The notes: a model not told the origin generated them from the letters alone. 64,000 nucleotides of DNA from Neoechinorhynchus agilis (GCA_051530055.1 CM121341.1:12688784-12752783); one strand, 5' to 3'. Counted from the stretch's first letter, positions 13,148 to 24,636 are shown. Numbers and translations are program-made.

Positions 13148-13714
13148 ATGAGCAATAAAGAATGTTGCAAACCAGTGTACCATCGAACAAAAATGCTCTT
13201 GCAATGGATCGAGAAGATGCGCCTTAATCCGGAGAAGACAATACAAACCGTTCACGAGATTCACGATCTTTTAGACAGCCAAGACATTTTCAAGGAAAAA
13301 ATCAATAGTAAGGAAATCGCTGCGTACCTGTACGTTGCCTGCAAACGGAATCGCAGACCGAGAAGCCTGTTCGAATTCTCCAAGGTTTGCAGGATATCAC
13401 GAGCAGAACTTCATCAAAAGGTTTCTATCATCCTTAAGGCCTTGGGTGATAAATTTTCCTGTGCAAACGAAATGGATTATCTCAAAGAAGGTTGCATTCG
13501 ATTAAGATTGAACAATGAAATTGAGGAAAAAGCTCAACAACTTTTGAACATGTGGGGTGTCGGCTTTCTTGCATCGACGAGAGCTGCGTCAGCGATTGTT
13601 GTCGCGGCCGAGAAATATGGTTCGGAGCTTCATATTCAACAAGTTGCCGATGAACTCTCAGTGTCCGTACAAACCATAAAAAGTTGTATAAGGCGATATT
13701 CAAGAAACTGGTGA
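13148..13714 (+). CDS. TFIIB-like protein, two cyclin-fold core repeats only
   Basis: IAAYLYVACKRNRRPRSLFEF and AASAIVVAAEK...IQQVADELSVSVQTIK match TFIIB repeats 1 and 2; no Zn ribbon or B-reader in this ORF. Confidence 0.75.
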   Translation: MSNKECCKPVYHRTKMLLQWIEKMRLNPEKTIQTVHEIHDLLDSQDIFKEKINSKEIAAYLYVACKRNRRPRSLFEFSKVCRISRAELHQKVSIILKALGDKFSCANEMDYLKEGCIRLRLNNEIEEKAQQLLNMWGVGFLASTRAASAIVVAAEKYGSELHIQQVADELSVSVQTIKSCIRRYSRNW

Positions 13715-13739
13715 ACTTGATTTGATGCGTCGGGGAAGT

Positions 13740-14245
13740 TTACAGATTTTAAATAAATTTTTAAAGTGAATGCGGCATCGAGTTTTGAATTCACTATGAG
13801 CGGGTGATTTTCCCCCACTCACTTATGGTCTTAATAAAATTTTATCAAACAATCAAAACGCCTATCTTCTATATTACTACAACTTTTACCACATTCTATT
13901 CCCTTTTAACATGAGCACAACACTCGTAATCCCAATTAATTTAATCCTCCTATACCTCGCACCAACTCCACTTCAGCTCCCTTCACAACACTGCTCAATC
14001 TTCTCGGATATCATGACCAGAAATGAACCTGAGGAAAGATCCAACCTCACAAGCTCTTCTGCAAACAATATCCGCGAATCTCCACCAGAACGGACATCAC
14101 CCGACGGGATATTCCCACCCGAACGAACCCGTAATCCACTCCAAAATGAAGAACCGCATTAGTTTAACAAATAAGAACTCGAGTGCTCACGATGACATAA
14201 AGGTGCATGGTTTTTCTGCTTTGAACAAAAAAATGTGTTATTATT
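13740..14245 (+). mobile_element. CR1/L2-like LINE 3' fragment (family P)
   Basis: Homologous to 3582-4150 (rc), 17470-17700 and 41490-41690; (tat)n-like tail at 14238-14245. Confidence 0.65.
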
Positions 14246-14361
14246 AATGCTTAATCGGTAAGATTAGATTACTAAGCGCTGCTTGGTTGTTCAGCCGCAT
14301 GTTTTGTCTATTGATGATTGTTTGATTGACAATCCGACTGAAAGAGAGAGATTTTATTGAA

Positions 14362-14398
14362 ACACCTAGCTTTCGCCGTCCAACGGCTTCTTCAGGGT
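14362..14398 (-). ncRNA. Inverted hammerhead copy with truncated stem I
   Basis: Reverse complement of the 16047-16082 core; 5' strand of stem I shortened. Confidence 0.75.
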
Positions 14399-14403
14399 AG
14401 GTC

Positions 14404-16011
14404 AAGACACACAAGATGCCTATTGGTCCGGTTACACCGCAAGCAGCCTCATTGCTGAAATGCAGACCAATCATATCTGCGGTTAATGGACCAGCGTACC
14501 GTGTTTCTCGTTTCCTGGCTTCGGCTATCGGTCCATTGCTACGGAGGACACGGGCATTTGTGAGTAATACTAATGAGCTGTTATCAACGTTGCGATCGCG
14601 ACAGAATGAATTGACCAACAGTCGCGTAATGTCTTTTGATTTCGTGGCATTGTACACCAATGTGGACAACGAGGGAGCAGTACGTGCGCTGGAGAAAAGG
14701 TTGAAGGAGAATGAGGATCTTGACCTCTTTGGTCTACTACCAGACGATGTTATTGGTCTGACACGATTGGTATTGAAGTGCAACATTTTTCGTTATCGAA
14801 ACCAGCTATATAAGCAAGTTCGTGGTCTCGCAATGGGAAATAGTTTGGCTCCGGTATTGGCCATCCTCAACCTCGATGACCTGGAAAGACTGCACATCTA
14901 TCCACATTTAGCGTCGAGTCAAGTTTACCTCCGCTATGTGGACGATGTGTTGCTGACCTTCACCGAGGATGATGAGGTCGATACCATTGAGTCACTATTA
15001 AATTCAATGGACTCGAATAGGAGGATTCAAGTTACAAGAGACCAACCTTCGGACTACCTGCCATTCCTCAATCTCCGCTTCAAATCCGACGATGTGTCCA
15101 ACTTCAATTGGTATCGAAAGCCATGCAGGAAGTCGATTGTGATGCACCGAGATTCTCACCATCCTTGGGCGATGAAAGCGGCGATATACGCTGGTATGCA
15201 TAAATCGGCAACCACCTGCTCATCGTCGTGGGACGCGAAGCGTGGAGCGGTGGAAGCAGTAAACAAGATCTTCGCGGACAACGGATATTCGACAGAGGAG
15301 ATCGAAGGATTCCAGCGAGAAGTGGAAAATAGAATTAGACGAGACGCTGGACGCATGAGGGAACGAAAGGACGATAGGCCGATCCTACGAATTCCGTACG
15401 TGAGTGAAATGTTCACGAAGAGAGTTAAAGTACTGCTCAGGCAAGCAGGGTTGAATGTGCGTATTGTGCACAGAGGGTGTAGAACGCTGCGGAGGATGCT
15501 GACGAGAACGAGGCATCATGAAGATCATCAGGAATGCCCTCGGTCGTTCCTAATGTGCAGATACGCAGCAGGTGCGAGGATGGACGAGGAGCGTCAGCAA
15601 GCCATTGATCGTGACTGGAAGATGTGCGATCAGAGCAGTGTGGTCTACGAGATCCGGTGTGAACGGTGTCGGATTGACCGTGGCCACTTGGTCACGTACG
15701 TGGGAAAAACAGAAAGGCCACTTCGCCAAAGAGTGGCCGAGCATGTACGAAACTCGTTGAACCCAAGTGCGCAATCGTATGTGACGACACCGTGGGCGAA
15801 ACATTATTCGCGAGTCCACCCGGATGGAACAGTTCAGCTGTCCACGCGCATAATGTACAAAGCGCAGGATCCCGTCGAACTGTCGATAGCGGAAGCGCTG
15901 ATCATATCCCGAGAGACCCGGGATCGTGAGGACTCTAGCGGGCATCGGTCGGACGGTAGGACACTCATTAACCAGAAGGATGAGTTGTCTGCCGTCATGA
16001 ATCTCATGTGA
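14404..16011 (+). CDS. PLE reverse transcriptase + GIY-YIG endonuclease, uninterrupted but lacking the N-terminus
   Basis: KTHK, RPII, SFDFVALYTNV, GLAMGNSLAP, RYVDD, LPFL (RT); VVYEIRCERC...YVGKTERPLRQRVAEH (GIY-YIG). Confidence 0.95.
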   Translation, partial: KTHKMPIGPVTPQAASLLKCRPIISAVNGPAYRVSRFLASAIGPLLRRTRAFVSNTNELLSTLRSRQNELTNSRVMSFDFVALYTNVDNEGAVRALEKRLKENEDLDLFGLLPDDVIGLTRLVLKCNIFRYRNQLYKQVRGLAMGNSLAPVLAILNLDDLERLHIYPHLASSQVYLRYVDDVLLTFTEDDEVDTIESLLNSMDSNRRIQVTRDQPSDYLPFLNLRFKSDDVSNFNWYRKPCRKSIVMHRDSHHPWAMKAAIYAGMHKSATTCSSSWDAKRGAVEAVNKIFADNGYSTEEIEGFQREVENRIRRDAGRMRERKDDRPILRIPYVSEMFTKRVKVLLRQAGLNVRIVHRGCRTLRRMLTRTRHHEDHQECPRSFLMCRYAAGARMDEERQQAIDRDWKMCDQSSVVYEIRCERCRIDRGHLVTYVGKTERPLRQRVAEHVRNSLNPSAQSYVTTPWAKHYSRVHPDGTVQLSTRIMYKAQDPVELSIAEALIISRETRDREDSSGHRSDGRTLINQKDELSAVMNLM

Positions 16012-16043
16012 ACTTCCACTCCACTTCACTCGCATTGTAGATT

Positions 16044-16082
16044 ACACCCTGAAGAAGCCGTTGGACGGCGAAAGCTAGGTGT
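16044..16082 (+). ncRNA. Intact minimal type I hammerhead ribozyme
   Basis: ACACC-CTGAAGA-A-GCCGT(tgg)ACGGC-GAAA-GCTA-GGTGT; 5-bp stem I, 5-bp stem II, palindromic AGCT stem III; predicted cleavage after CUA (16077). Confidence 0.9.
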
Positions 16083-16696
16083 TTCAATAAACTCTCTTTC
16101 AGTCGGATTGTCAATCAAACAATCATCAATAGATAATGCTTAATCGCCTAATTCCCTAGTTTTTCATTCTTGAGTCTTTGACCAATGTTGGCCGTTCAGT
16201 TGTAGGCGTCTTTTTGATTTGTTCATCTTTTTGATACAAATTGGTGTAAAAATGTTAAAACGCGGATAATTCGTATTCACCCGGCGCTTGGCGTTTGTAC
16301 AAGAACACAAATACGGGAATCATGGTTTATTTGGGTCCAACGTATAAAACAAAGACCTCGATTATCGGAATCCACATGTTATTTTAAGAATTGATTAACC
16401 TTTATTTGCCCATCGTGATTAGCGTTTAAAAGTGTTTCAAAACCCCTGCTCATTTCTCCCATAAACTCCCTAATTTTTCTTTGACTTTCAAGCATAATGC
16501 AACTCAACAAAGTAACCCAGATCAATGTACAGGAACATACATAGGTCGCCCTGAGATGGGCGCATTCTCTGTTAATAAAATCAGGCAAGCGTGAAATGTG
16601 AACAACAAGCGTCTTAATAGTTTTTCCTTTATCGATCAGCTGAATAAAAAAAGTGGTGGTTAAAGGAAAACACAACGGTCAACAAAGAAAGAGAAT

Positions 16697-17014
16697 TTAA
16701 ATATTTGTAGTCGGCACTATACTTCCATCGGATTCAACGCAAAAGTCATACTTGTAAGTTTCGTTTGAAGCAAGAGCTGCTTCGATTGCAAGTTCTATTT
16801 CATCGTCGGGTGTAACCTCAGTTATGAACCCTTTACCGCCGAAGACAATGGATTCATCATTTTTGAACCTCTGAATGAATTCTTCAACGTTCCATTGAAT
16901 GGCATCAATTTCTTCTTGTTGCTCTTCGCTCTCAACTCTTTGATGGTCTTCTATTCTCTTTGATGTCAACTCACGATTCAAAGCTTCGTTTTCCATAAAG
17001 GAACCCGAATTCAA
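16697..17014 (-). CDS. Acidic ORF of unknown function, possibly an exon of a gene extending to about 16200
   Basis: 105-aa ORF with protein-like composition; no family recognised. Confidence 0.3.
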   Translation of the reverse strand: MNSGSFMENEALNRELTSKRIEDHQRVESEEQQEEIDAIQWNVEEFIQRFKNDESIVFGGKGFITEVTPDDEIELAIEAALASNETYKYDFCVESDGSIVPTTNI

Positions 17015-17044
17015 CAGTTCGTGTAGTTCAGTGATTCAAGAACT

Positions 17045-17470
17045 AATCTTGAGTCATTGACGTAAACTAGTTTCACCGTCGGGCTTGTGAATTCGACCTT
17101 CGTTGAACGACGCTATGGCTGCTTTAAACAGCTCTGCTATGGTTGCATATTTTGGCCGGTCGATCTTATGGCCCGTAGTCAGAGAGTGGGAAACCACAGC
17201 GGAGTTCGTCTCCTGTTTCTTCAGTGAATAGCGATGTTCCCTCATCCTCCTCCCAAAGTAATTTGTCTGGCCAATATAGCATCGATCACAATCCGAGCAA
17301 AGTATTCTATATTCTGCACCACTTGGGCCTTCACGATTGCTCGGACAGATCATGCCATGAATGTTTCCTAATTCCTTTTCAGATAATTGACTGAAGTCCA
17401 GCGTGATTGGACGAAATATTTCAATTGAAGTGAATGTTGGATACATAATTTTCCCCACTTTCACATAATC
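17045..17470 (-). mobile_element. Second PLE, GIY-YIG fragment
   Basis: YRILCSDCDRCYIGQTNYFGRRMREHR...SAVVSHSLTTGHKID. Confidence 0.85.
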
Positions 17471-17700
17471 GTGACCAGAAATGAACCATAGGGAAAACCA
17501 ACCCTACAAGCGCTCCTGCAAGAAATAAACACCAATTACCACTAGAGCGGGCCTTCCAACCCGACCGGATATTGCCAGCCGCCTCGACTCGCAATTCACT
17601 ATAAAATCAATAACCAGTTTCATATTCCAATCAGAACTCGAGTGTTTATGAGGACTTAAAGGTACATGGGTCTTAATAAATGTTTCTTTGTATTGTCAAT
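17470..17700 (+). mobile_element. Family P LINE 3' fragment
   Basis: gaccagaaatgaacc...aactcgagtg...aaggtacatggg matches 14010-14245. Confidence 0.75.
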
Positions 17701-17769
17701 AGACGTGAAGAGAAATTTGTATTGATGATAAATAACGTGATTGCAAAATGTAAAAAAATATTGAAACCC

Positions 17770-18450
17770 CTGTTTTTTCCGTTTCAATTAGCGATGTTTG
17801 ATTCAGAAAAAGATTTATATTGAAATTTTTCGGCCCTATCGTTGGCCTTCTTCAGTCAATTGCTTATCAAATATCGCTTATTTAAACTGAAACTATAATG
17901 AATAATTTCTTTACAACCCCTGTCTTTTATATGCCAAATGATTAATTTTTATGATTTTTTGAAAATGTCATAACGGTGGAATATTTAGATCGATTCAATT
18001 GTTTTCACGGATATAATGCGAATTATAAAATCAGAGGTCTAGAACTTACAAAAGACATTTTATTTATTAAATAGTTGCAAGTAAAGTCTTCAATCCGTTA
18101 AAAAAGCATTGATTAGCTTAGCCCATGAAGCTCAAGGTAGAATTGTACCGATTATTTCATGCCTTTAGCTTGACGATATCTCAAAAAATCCTTCGTTTTG
18201 AAGAATCCTTCAACGGATGATTGGGATTTACAACGACAGCTGCATCCCGAGAAATCCTTCGTTTTAAAGAATCCCCAAACCCCAAGGAAGGATTGGGATG
18301 CCCACGAATACGGCACCCTGAGAAATCCAAAGCTGTATTTGTCGCTTCCTTGAAATTTTCAAAGCTAAGGTTTATTTCAATAAATTGATCAAAAGTTGTC
18401 ATAGCGACCAATTCATCGGATTGCTAGCAATTGGTTTTTTTTATTTTTAC
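17770..18450 (-). mobile_element. Non-coding dispersed element, copy B, ending in an HHR
   Basis: Reverse complement of 9610-10180; HHR at its 3' end. Confidence 0.85.
17819..17860 (-). ncRNA. Hammerhead ribozyme with one stem III substitution
   Basis: ATTGA-CTGAAGA-A-GGCC(aacgatag)GGCC-GAAA-AATT-TCAAT; same family as 34845-34886. Confidence 0.7.
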
Positions 18451-18489
18451 AACCAACATAATATATTTTTAACAATTCAAACAATCTGT

Positions 18490-20790
18490 TTAAAGCACAC
18501 TCACCACCTCCCGCCAAATTCCAGCTTTTGTCCTCCCTCGACTGTCGCCATCATGCTGGCAGCATTGCCCCGTTGTACTGCTAGCGAGATATTTTGTCGA
18601 AGGAATACGCCTGTTCTTGAGTCTCCGGTTGCCTCTCTCAATTTCTTCGAGAGATTCTGGAGCAGAGAGAGAGTGCCGAGCTGCCGAGCGCTCCATACGT
18701 CTCTATCCCAAAGGGGACAAAATAGTGAGCCCTCGATAACTGAATATATTTCCGTATTTTTCTCCATTCCGCTGCAATGGCGGCACCACCGGCGATTTCG
18801 AGGGAGTAGGGGATGTTGCTGGCTGCAAGGGTGTCCACAAACGTGGCGTCCCAGAGAAGGCATTTGCCCTCCCGCCACGGGAAGACCGAAATTCCATCGG
18901 GCCTACGGCCGTCTAGTCGACAAAGGTGGGCGGGTTCCAGGATGTTCGGGAAGTTCGCCGTTCTCAACGCCCGAGAAATTGCGTTATTGATTTCAGAATG
19001 GCGTGAGAACCTTCCTCCTGACCTTCTGCAGACGAAACCGTGTCGCCCGAAAGCATCAACCAAAGACCCACATCGACAGCGATGGGTCGTGCATATCGGG
19101 AGACCAAGTCTTAAGGATACTGCGATCCTCGTTACCTCATCAGTAAGAAGAGTTCCCACTGATGCCAGAGGAACAGCCTCCAACCACGCCCCAGATTCTC
19201 GTGTTGAAACTGCAAACAGTCTAGCTCGGACGACCCCATCGTGAGAACCTGAAAGTAGAGAGCTGTGAGCTCTCGCGACAAGAGGTCCGTCCCAGATCGA
19301 CTGTCTGAGGTCATTCACGAGAACATGGTTAGCGCCCGTCTGCTGGCACCATTCCTCAACTGCCACCACGAAATCCCGGTCAAGACAGAACTTTTCCTTC
19401 AAAATTTTTTTCGATACTGGTAGGCTCCACTCAAACGATCAAAGAAAGGCCGGCAAAGCAAGGTCCACTAGTGCCCGAATCCCCAATCCCCCAGATGACA
19501 AAGGCAAAGAAGCTTGTCGCCACGCCTCATCTGAGAGCTGGACATTTACAATACGCTTAGCCAATCCTTCCTTATGTTTGAAAAATGTTGCTGTGCGAAC
19601 CTTGCACAATAATTTGGGTATGAAGAGCGCGTTCTTTATGAGAAACAAGGCTTCATGAGCCGAGAGAGCGCTCACCCTGTCGCACAGCAACGAAAGTTTC
19701 GGTATGATATGGCCGATCTCATCTTCCACATTTGAATCGAAGACGCAACTGCCCAGGAGGCTGAGTTGTTCCCGAGTCACGAGTTTCAGGCCTGGAGCTA
19801 CGGCCTCGAACCCATCCATTAGTTCTTTGACTTTGGCGGCGTCTCCAATATTCAGTACAAGGAGCTCATAGTTTCAAGCATTAAGCTCAATGTCCATCTT
19901 CGAGGTCTCCCTAATCAGCGTCTCCAGATCGCGCAGTACAACGGAGGGATCACCTCTGAGCGTAGCGTCATCCAAGTACCAAGCGTTGAAGTTGGAATGG
20001 AGAGAATGCGCTATTGGATTTACTTTTAGGGAGAATGCGATTGGACCGAGGGGATCTCCTTGCTGCACTCCTCTTTCGGACCAAATGAGGTGGTCTTCGA
20101 AAAGCAAAGGAGTCGCCGTCCCGTAGGTATTGAGAAAATACTGGAAGGCTTCTGGTGCGTGATCCCTAATTGCGCAGAACATGCTTTCTCTATTAAGAGA
20201 GTTAAAGGCGTTCCGAAAATCACACTTAAGAATCACGCACGGCTCTGAGCTTCTCGTAGCAAAGTTTCGGAGCGAGTGGACAATAGCTTCCGCCCGCAGG
20301 ATGTGCAGCAGCCCAGTTGGACTGGACGAAGTTGCTGTCCAGTTTTCTCTGTAATATGTTTGCAGAGAATTTTTCACGCGAGTCTGCGTATCGTCGAAGA
20401 TACGGCGATGGGACGGATCCCACCTTCTTTTTTTGTGAGGGTACACAATAAGGCTCCGAAAAATAGGTCCTTTGCAACGGGGTTCAGGTCCTCTCCAGTC
20501 AGATGGTCGACTATTCGAGAAAGCGCACTTCCTAGAGAGAGCTGCTTCACCAGTTGAATAGGACATCATGTCCTTTAGGTGCTGAGGCCTTAGTCCGTCA
20601 AGCCCGTGACACGAACCATTTGCAAAAGATGAGATGGCCTTTTGTAACTCTGAAATTTGAATGGGAGGATATGGAATTTCAAAACTTCCGCTACTACATG
20701 GGTGCTTCGACCTTGAGTATTTGTAGCGTCGCGCTGTCTCCTTTTGCGAAACTGTCGGTGTATGACAATAACTGAACAGCCCCGCGAACA
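18490..20790 (-). mobile_element. Long CRE-clade copy (RT + C-terminal endonuclease), frameshifted and 5'-truncated
   Basis: GLDGLRPQHLKDM, DFRNAFNSLNR, GVQQGDPLGP, WYLDDATL, GGLGIR, RPDG...WDATFVDT, QRGNAAS. Confidence 0.9.
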
Positions 20791-20799
20791 TCCAATCGA

Positions 20800-22330
20800 T
20801 GATCGGGGGTCGATTAAGTTTTGGTCCTCTTTATACTGGCCCCGTAGAACTCGTTTTCAAATAGCTTGCGACAGTAAGCGAATCAGCTATTTTATGCCTT
20901 ATTCCTCTCCTTGGTGGCATGTCGTTGCACCAAAAAGATTTTGTCCGTGGAAAAGGGCCGCAGCGAGTTGGATAAAAAACCTCGGGGTAGGACAATGTTA
21001 TTAGCGCTCTTTGCATTGAACATTGTAATGGAGCAAGTAATGTCCCGGTCTTCAATAATTTTATTCAAATTAAGCCTCGCCGTTTTGATTTACGCCGGAA
21101 TGATTTTATCATTTGGTGGGGTTCAAGAAATCTTACATCGAACAATGGTTCTTCCCCCTGTTTCAAAGCCACCAACGTTCTCAATCAATCAACTATCACT
21201 TCCCTAGCTGAGCACATGTTGGCAGCATCCCCTGATGAATGGTCTCAGATAAACATAGCGAAAAGAATATTTCTCTGTAGAAAAAGATAGGGCTGTTTCT
21301 TCACCTAGTGATGTGAGACCTATCTCCATTGAGAATTCGTTTGTTTCCATATACGAGCGAGTTCTGGCCAAAATTATAATGGATTTTTCTTTTAAACATC
21401 ACCTTATTGATGAGCGCTGTCATGATTTCCTCCCAGGGAAATCTGTTCATACTGCAATTGCTCAAATAATGGATAACCTTTTTAGTCACCCCAAGTCAAC
21501 AAACATTCTTATCTCTTTCGACATATCTAAAGCTTTTGATAATATTGACATTGCTTTTATGGTGAATATTTTGAGATTTTTTTGTTTTCCTTTTAATATA
21601 ATTGCTAGGGTGAACAACATTATGAAATGTAAACGATTTTTCTTTGCAGCTGAGGTTCCTCAAGGCTCACCTTTATCACCCATACTTTTTGCTTGGCAAC
21701 TCAATTTTTGATTAGAAATTGCACGATTTGTAGAGCGTCACTATGTACGCCGATGACCTTACTGTAGTTGTCAAAGAGTTAAATTATATGAGAGGACGTG
21801 CGAAACTGGTTGCCGTGCTGAAGCTTTTAAAAATCCCACCTACCTCAAATGGGTCTCTCTTTGAATGAAAAGAAGACGAAATTTTTAATCAAATCTAAAT
21901 CTCGAGTGGGTAAGAACATCCGGGATTATATCAAGGATTTTTTGGGTTAGATTTCGACCCTGCTTATAAGAAGCTTGATATTTTAGGTTATACTTTCACT
22001 AATAACCTCTCGCCCGCCTCCGATATACACAAGATGAAAAAACTTCAAAAGACAGCCAGAGTTAAGGCGGGACGTGCCGTTCGTATTAGGCTTAGCGCCA
22101 ATTTCAAGCCTAGTTTTTTATTCCAGAGGAAGGCCTCCAGAACAACGCCTAAAATTCCGCTGTGTATTTTTGAAAATCCGGTCGAGACTACCCTTTGAGT
22201 GGATTTCCTCAGCAGACTGGGCCAATAAATCCATGCAGTGGATCGGATTGTGACTTCCAAAAACGGATATTAACTAGTACAGAATGTTGCTTCAGTTATT
22301 CAGCGACAGCGTTCGATCCATGGTTTGCCT
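20800..22330 (+). mobile_element. Family L-A LINE RT region, degenerate
   Basis: RPISIENSFVSIYER, FDISKAFDNID, PQGSPLSPILF, YADD; downstream GRPPEQR shared with about 62360-62385. Confidence 0.85.
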
Positions 22331-22429
22331 TTGAATAAATTTTTTTTGCTCCGATCAACAGCGATCGACAATGCGCTGTTATCGTTGAGCGCTGCAGCGG
22401 AGGGTGGCAAACGGCCACCCACTTCTCTG

Positions 22430-22610
22430 AGAATACCGGTGCCTCTCTGGAGGTATCTGAGGATCTGGAGGGAAGTACAAAAGCTCTTTACCGCGTATGG
22501 TTTTAGAGTTCAAGTGATTTCATTCGCTTCCCTAATCCACAATATGGGTTTGGCTGTATGCCTAATAGGGAAAAGTCGAGTACGGGATTTTCTAGAACAC
22601 TTAAATGTTG
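22430..22610 (+). repeat. Family R dispersed repeat (about 190 bp)
   Basis: gaggtatctgaggatctggagggaagtacaaaagctctttaccgcg...; homologues at 32800-33560, 38570-38715 and 41690-42430. Confidence 0.85.
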
Positions 22611-22985
22611 CGTCATTTTAAAGAATTTTGTCGAATATCGGCAATTGTGTCGTTTATTTTTGGAAATCCAGAGATTTAAAAATAACCAAATCACTACGCT
22701 TACCGGGGTTTTTGCTCGTTCTTCGCATGGAGAACCTTTTTCCCTTTAGTTAAAAGGACTAAAGCGTAGGAAGCTTAAAACATTTCATACTCGAGTTAAA
22801 ATGTTTTTAAGTTTTGATACTCAAGTCTTTTTACAAAGTTTAAAAAGACTTGAGTGTTTGAAGTTAAAATCACTTCAGTCGTTGCCTTCCGTTACTACCT
22901 CTTGTTGCTGTTGATATTCGCCACTTTCAAGTGACTGCCGAGAATGCGTTCGTTTAAAACTCTGAAATATTTGAACTAGACACGA

Positions 22986-24636
22986 ATGATCATTAACAAA
23001 AAGGAGCAAACGGATTTTGGTTTAGTCAACACGAAACTACGAGGGCTGCCATTAGTCATCGGTAAGAGTGATTAAAAAACTCATAAATTCTATTGCTTAT
23101 TGAAGGAGTAATCGCACAGGAAGCGACAAGCGTTTATCCTGAACTTACCAGTTATTCTTATATAGCGGCATCGTATGTTCGATACATCGAGTCTGCAGGT
23201 GGAATCGCTTTATTAATCAGGTAAATTCAATATTTTGTTTCCATCTCCCAGTTAAAAAGTTTTAGGCTCAAAAAAGACGACGATTATTATAAGTACATTT
23301 TTGAAAACATTCATGGAGTTTTGGTGCCGGGCGGTGGAGCGTGTATTGAAAAATCCGAATACGCCAGGGTTTCAAAAATATTCTACGATTTGGCCATTGA
23401 GGTTAGTAAACTAAAATAATAAAATTAACAGCGAATATTTTCTTTGTCAGGTTTTCTGAATCTTAAAACCTAACATGTTTGTATTTGTATCGATCAGCCT
23501 ATCTATCTTTTGTTTTTAATAAGATTGATTTCAAAAAAATCAGCTTAAAAGCCGTCAAAATCCTAATGCCTTGACAATAACATCTAAGAATTCCTTATAT
23601 TCAATATGAAGTAATCAATAGAATCAACAGTAAAGCAGTATAGCAATTCAAGCCTTTTTTTAACTGTATAGATTTTCGAATGGTCACAAAATGCCCTTTT
23701 TTATTTGTAAAGGAACTTTAAGAATTTGCCTTCCATCATGCACGCCTTGATAATTCGTTCTTAATTGTTGCCGCAACAAGAATAAAACTACTTTTCCAAA
23801 TATAGGCTAATGAAAAAGAGATCGTATTTCCAATAATGGGGATTTGTCTAGGATTTGAGCAGTTATTGTACTTGGCATCCGACAAGAATCCACTGAGTCG
23901 CTGTAGAGGTTTGGATTACAATACCTCTCTCATAAAAGCTGAAGACTGGGATAACTGTCAAATGTTGAAGAATTTACCCGTCGAATTAGAGAGCAAAATA
24001 TTAAGCGAGGATATTTGTTACAACAGTCACGAATACTGTGTTCGAATGGAGGTGTCTGATTGTGATTTCGTTCTATAACTCAACACGCAACTTTTAAATT
24101 TTAGACCTATGAAAACGATAAATCACTGAAGAATACTTTCCGTGTTGGCGCAATGAGTAAAGATAAAGATAAAAAACGGTCTTACATTGCATTCGCCGAA
24201 GGTTATCAGTTGTTTTAAAATCTATACTACTATTGAATATTTCATTAAAGCGAGAAACTGGCCGTTTTATGCCATTCAGTGGCATCCCGAAAAACCGCTA
24301 TTTGAATGGAGCCGCGACACATTGACGAGATCAAGGGACAGCGTAAAATGCGCGCAGTATTTAATCAATCATTTTCTCGATAAAGGTAATCGTCGTTTGT
24401 TAGAATTTCACTAGAATTCCATCTCAGCATATCAATGCACTCATAAATTCAAATTGGAGAACTTCCAATTGCTTAGTTATAAATATCATGCGTCCTTTAC
24501 GGCTACCACTTCACATTTCATGGAATGCTACATTTTCGACGATTCAAAAAGCGACGAAGAAATGGCCCGTGAAGACTTGCACGTAATTGAAAAGATGGTT
24601 TCAAATGTGAACTTGGAGGACGTTAAACCTATGTGA
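22986..24636 (+). CDS. GGH: Gamma-glutamyl hydrolase, multi-exon
   Basis: PLVIGVIAQE, YIAASYVRYIESAGG, HGVLVPGGG, FPIMGICLGFEQL (catalytic Cys), YNSH, AIQWHPEK; GT-AG introns. Confidence 0.92.

Larger units (their letters stand above)
14258..16133 (+). mobile_element. Penelope-like element, 5'-truncated, with inverted 5' pLTR and 13-bp target-site duplication
   Basis: taatgcttaatcg at 14245-14257 and 16134-16146; 14307-14398 is an inverted copy of about 16047-16133. Confidence 0.95.

Noticed and set aside
13911-14247. Small ORFs in family P resembling a secreted peptide or a PLE 'NLRKDPT' motif
   Set aside because: Neither frame is conserved across the four copies; position and tail fit a CR1/L2-like 3' region
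14244-14786. Antisense and alternative-frame ORFs over the PLE and CRE elements (e.g. 14244-14786, 316-846, 18385-18990, 53168-53650)
   Set aside because: Shadow ORFs of GC-richer retroelement coding sequence
17055-17110. Possible HHR at the end of the PLE fragment (GTCG...CGAC, GAAACTAGT)
   Set aside because: Core CUGANGA has three mismatches and extra bases precede GAAA; not supportable as a ribozyme
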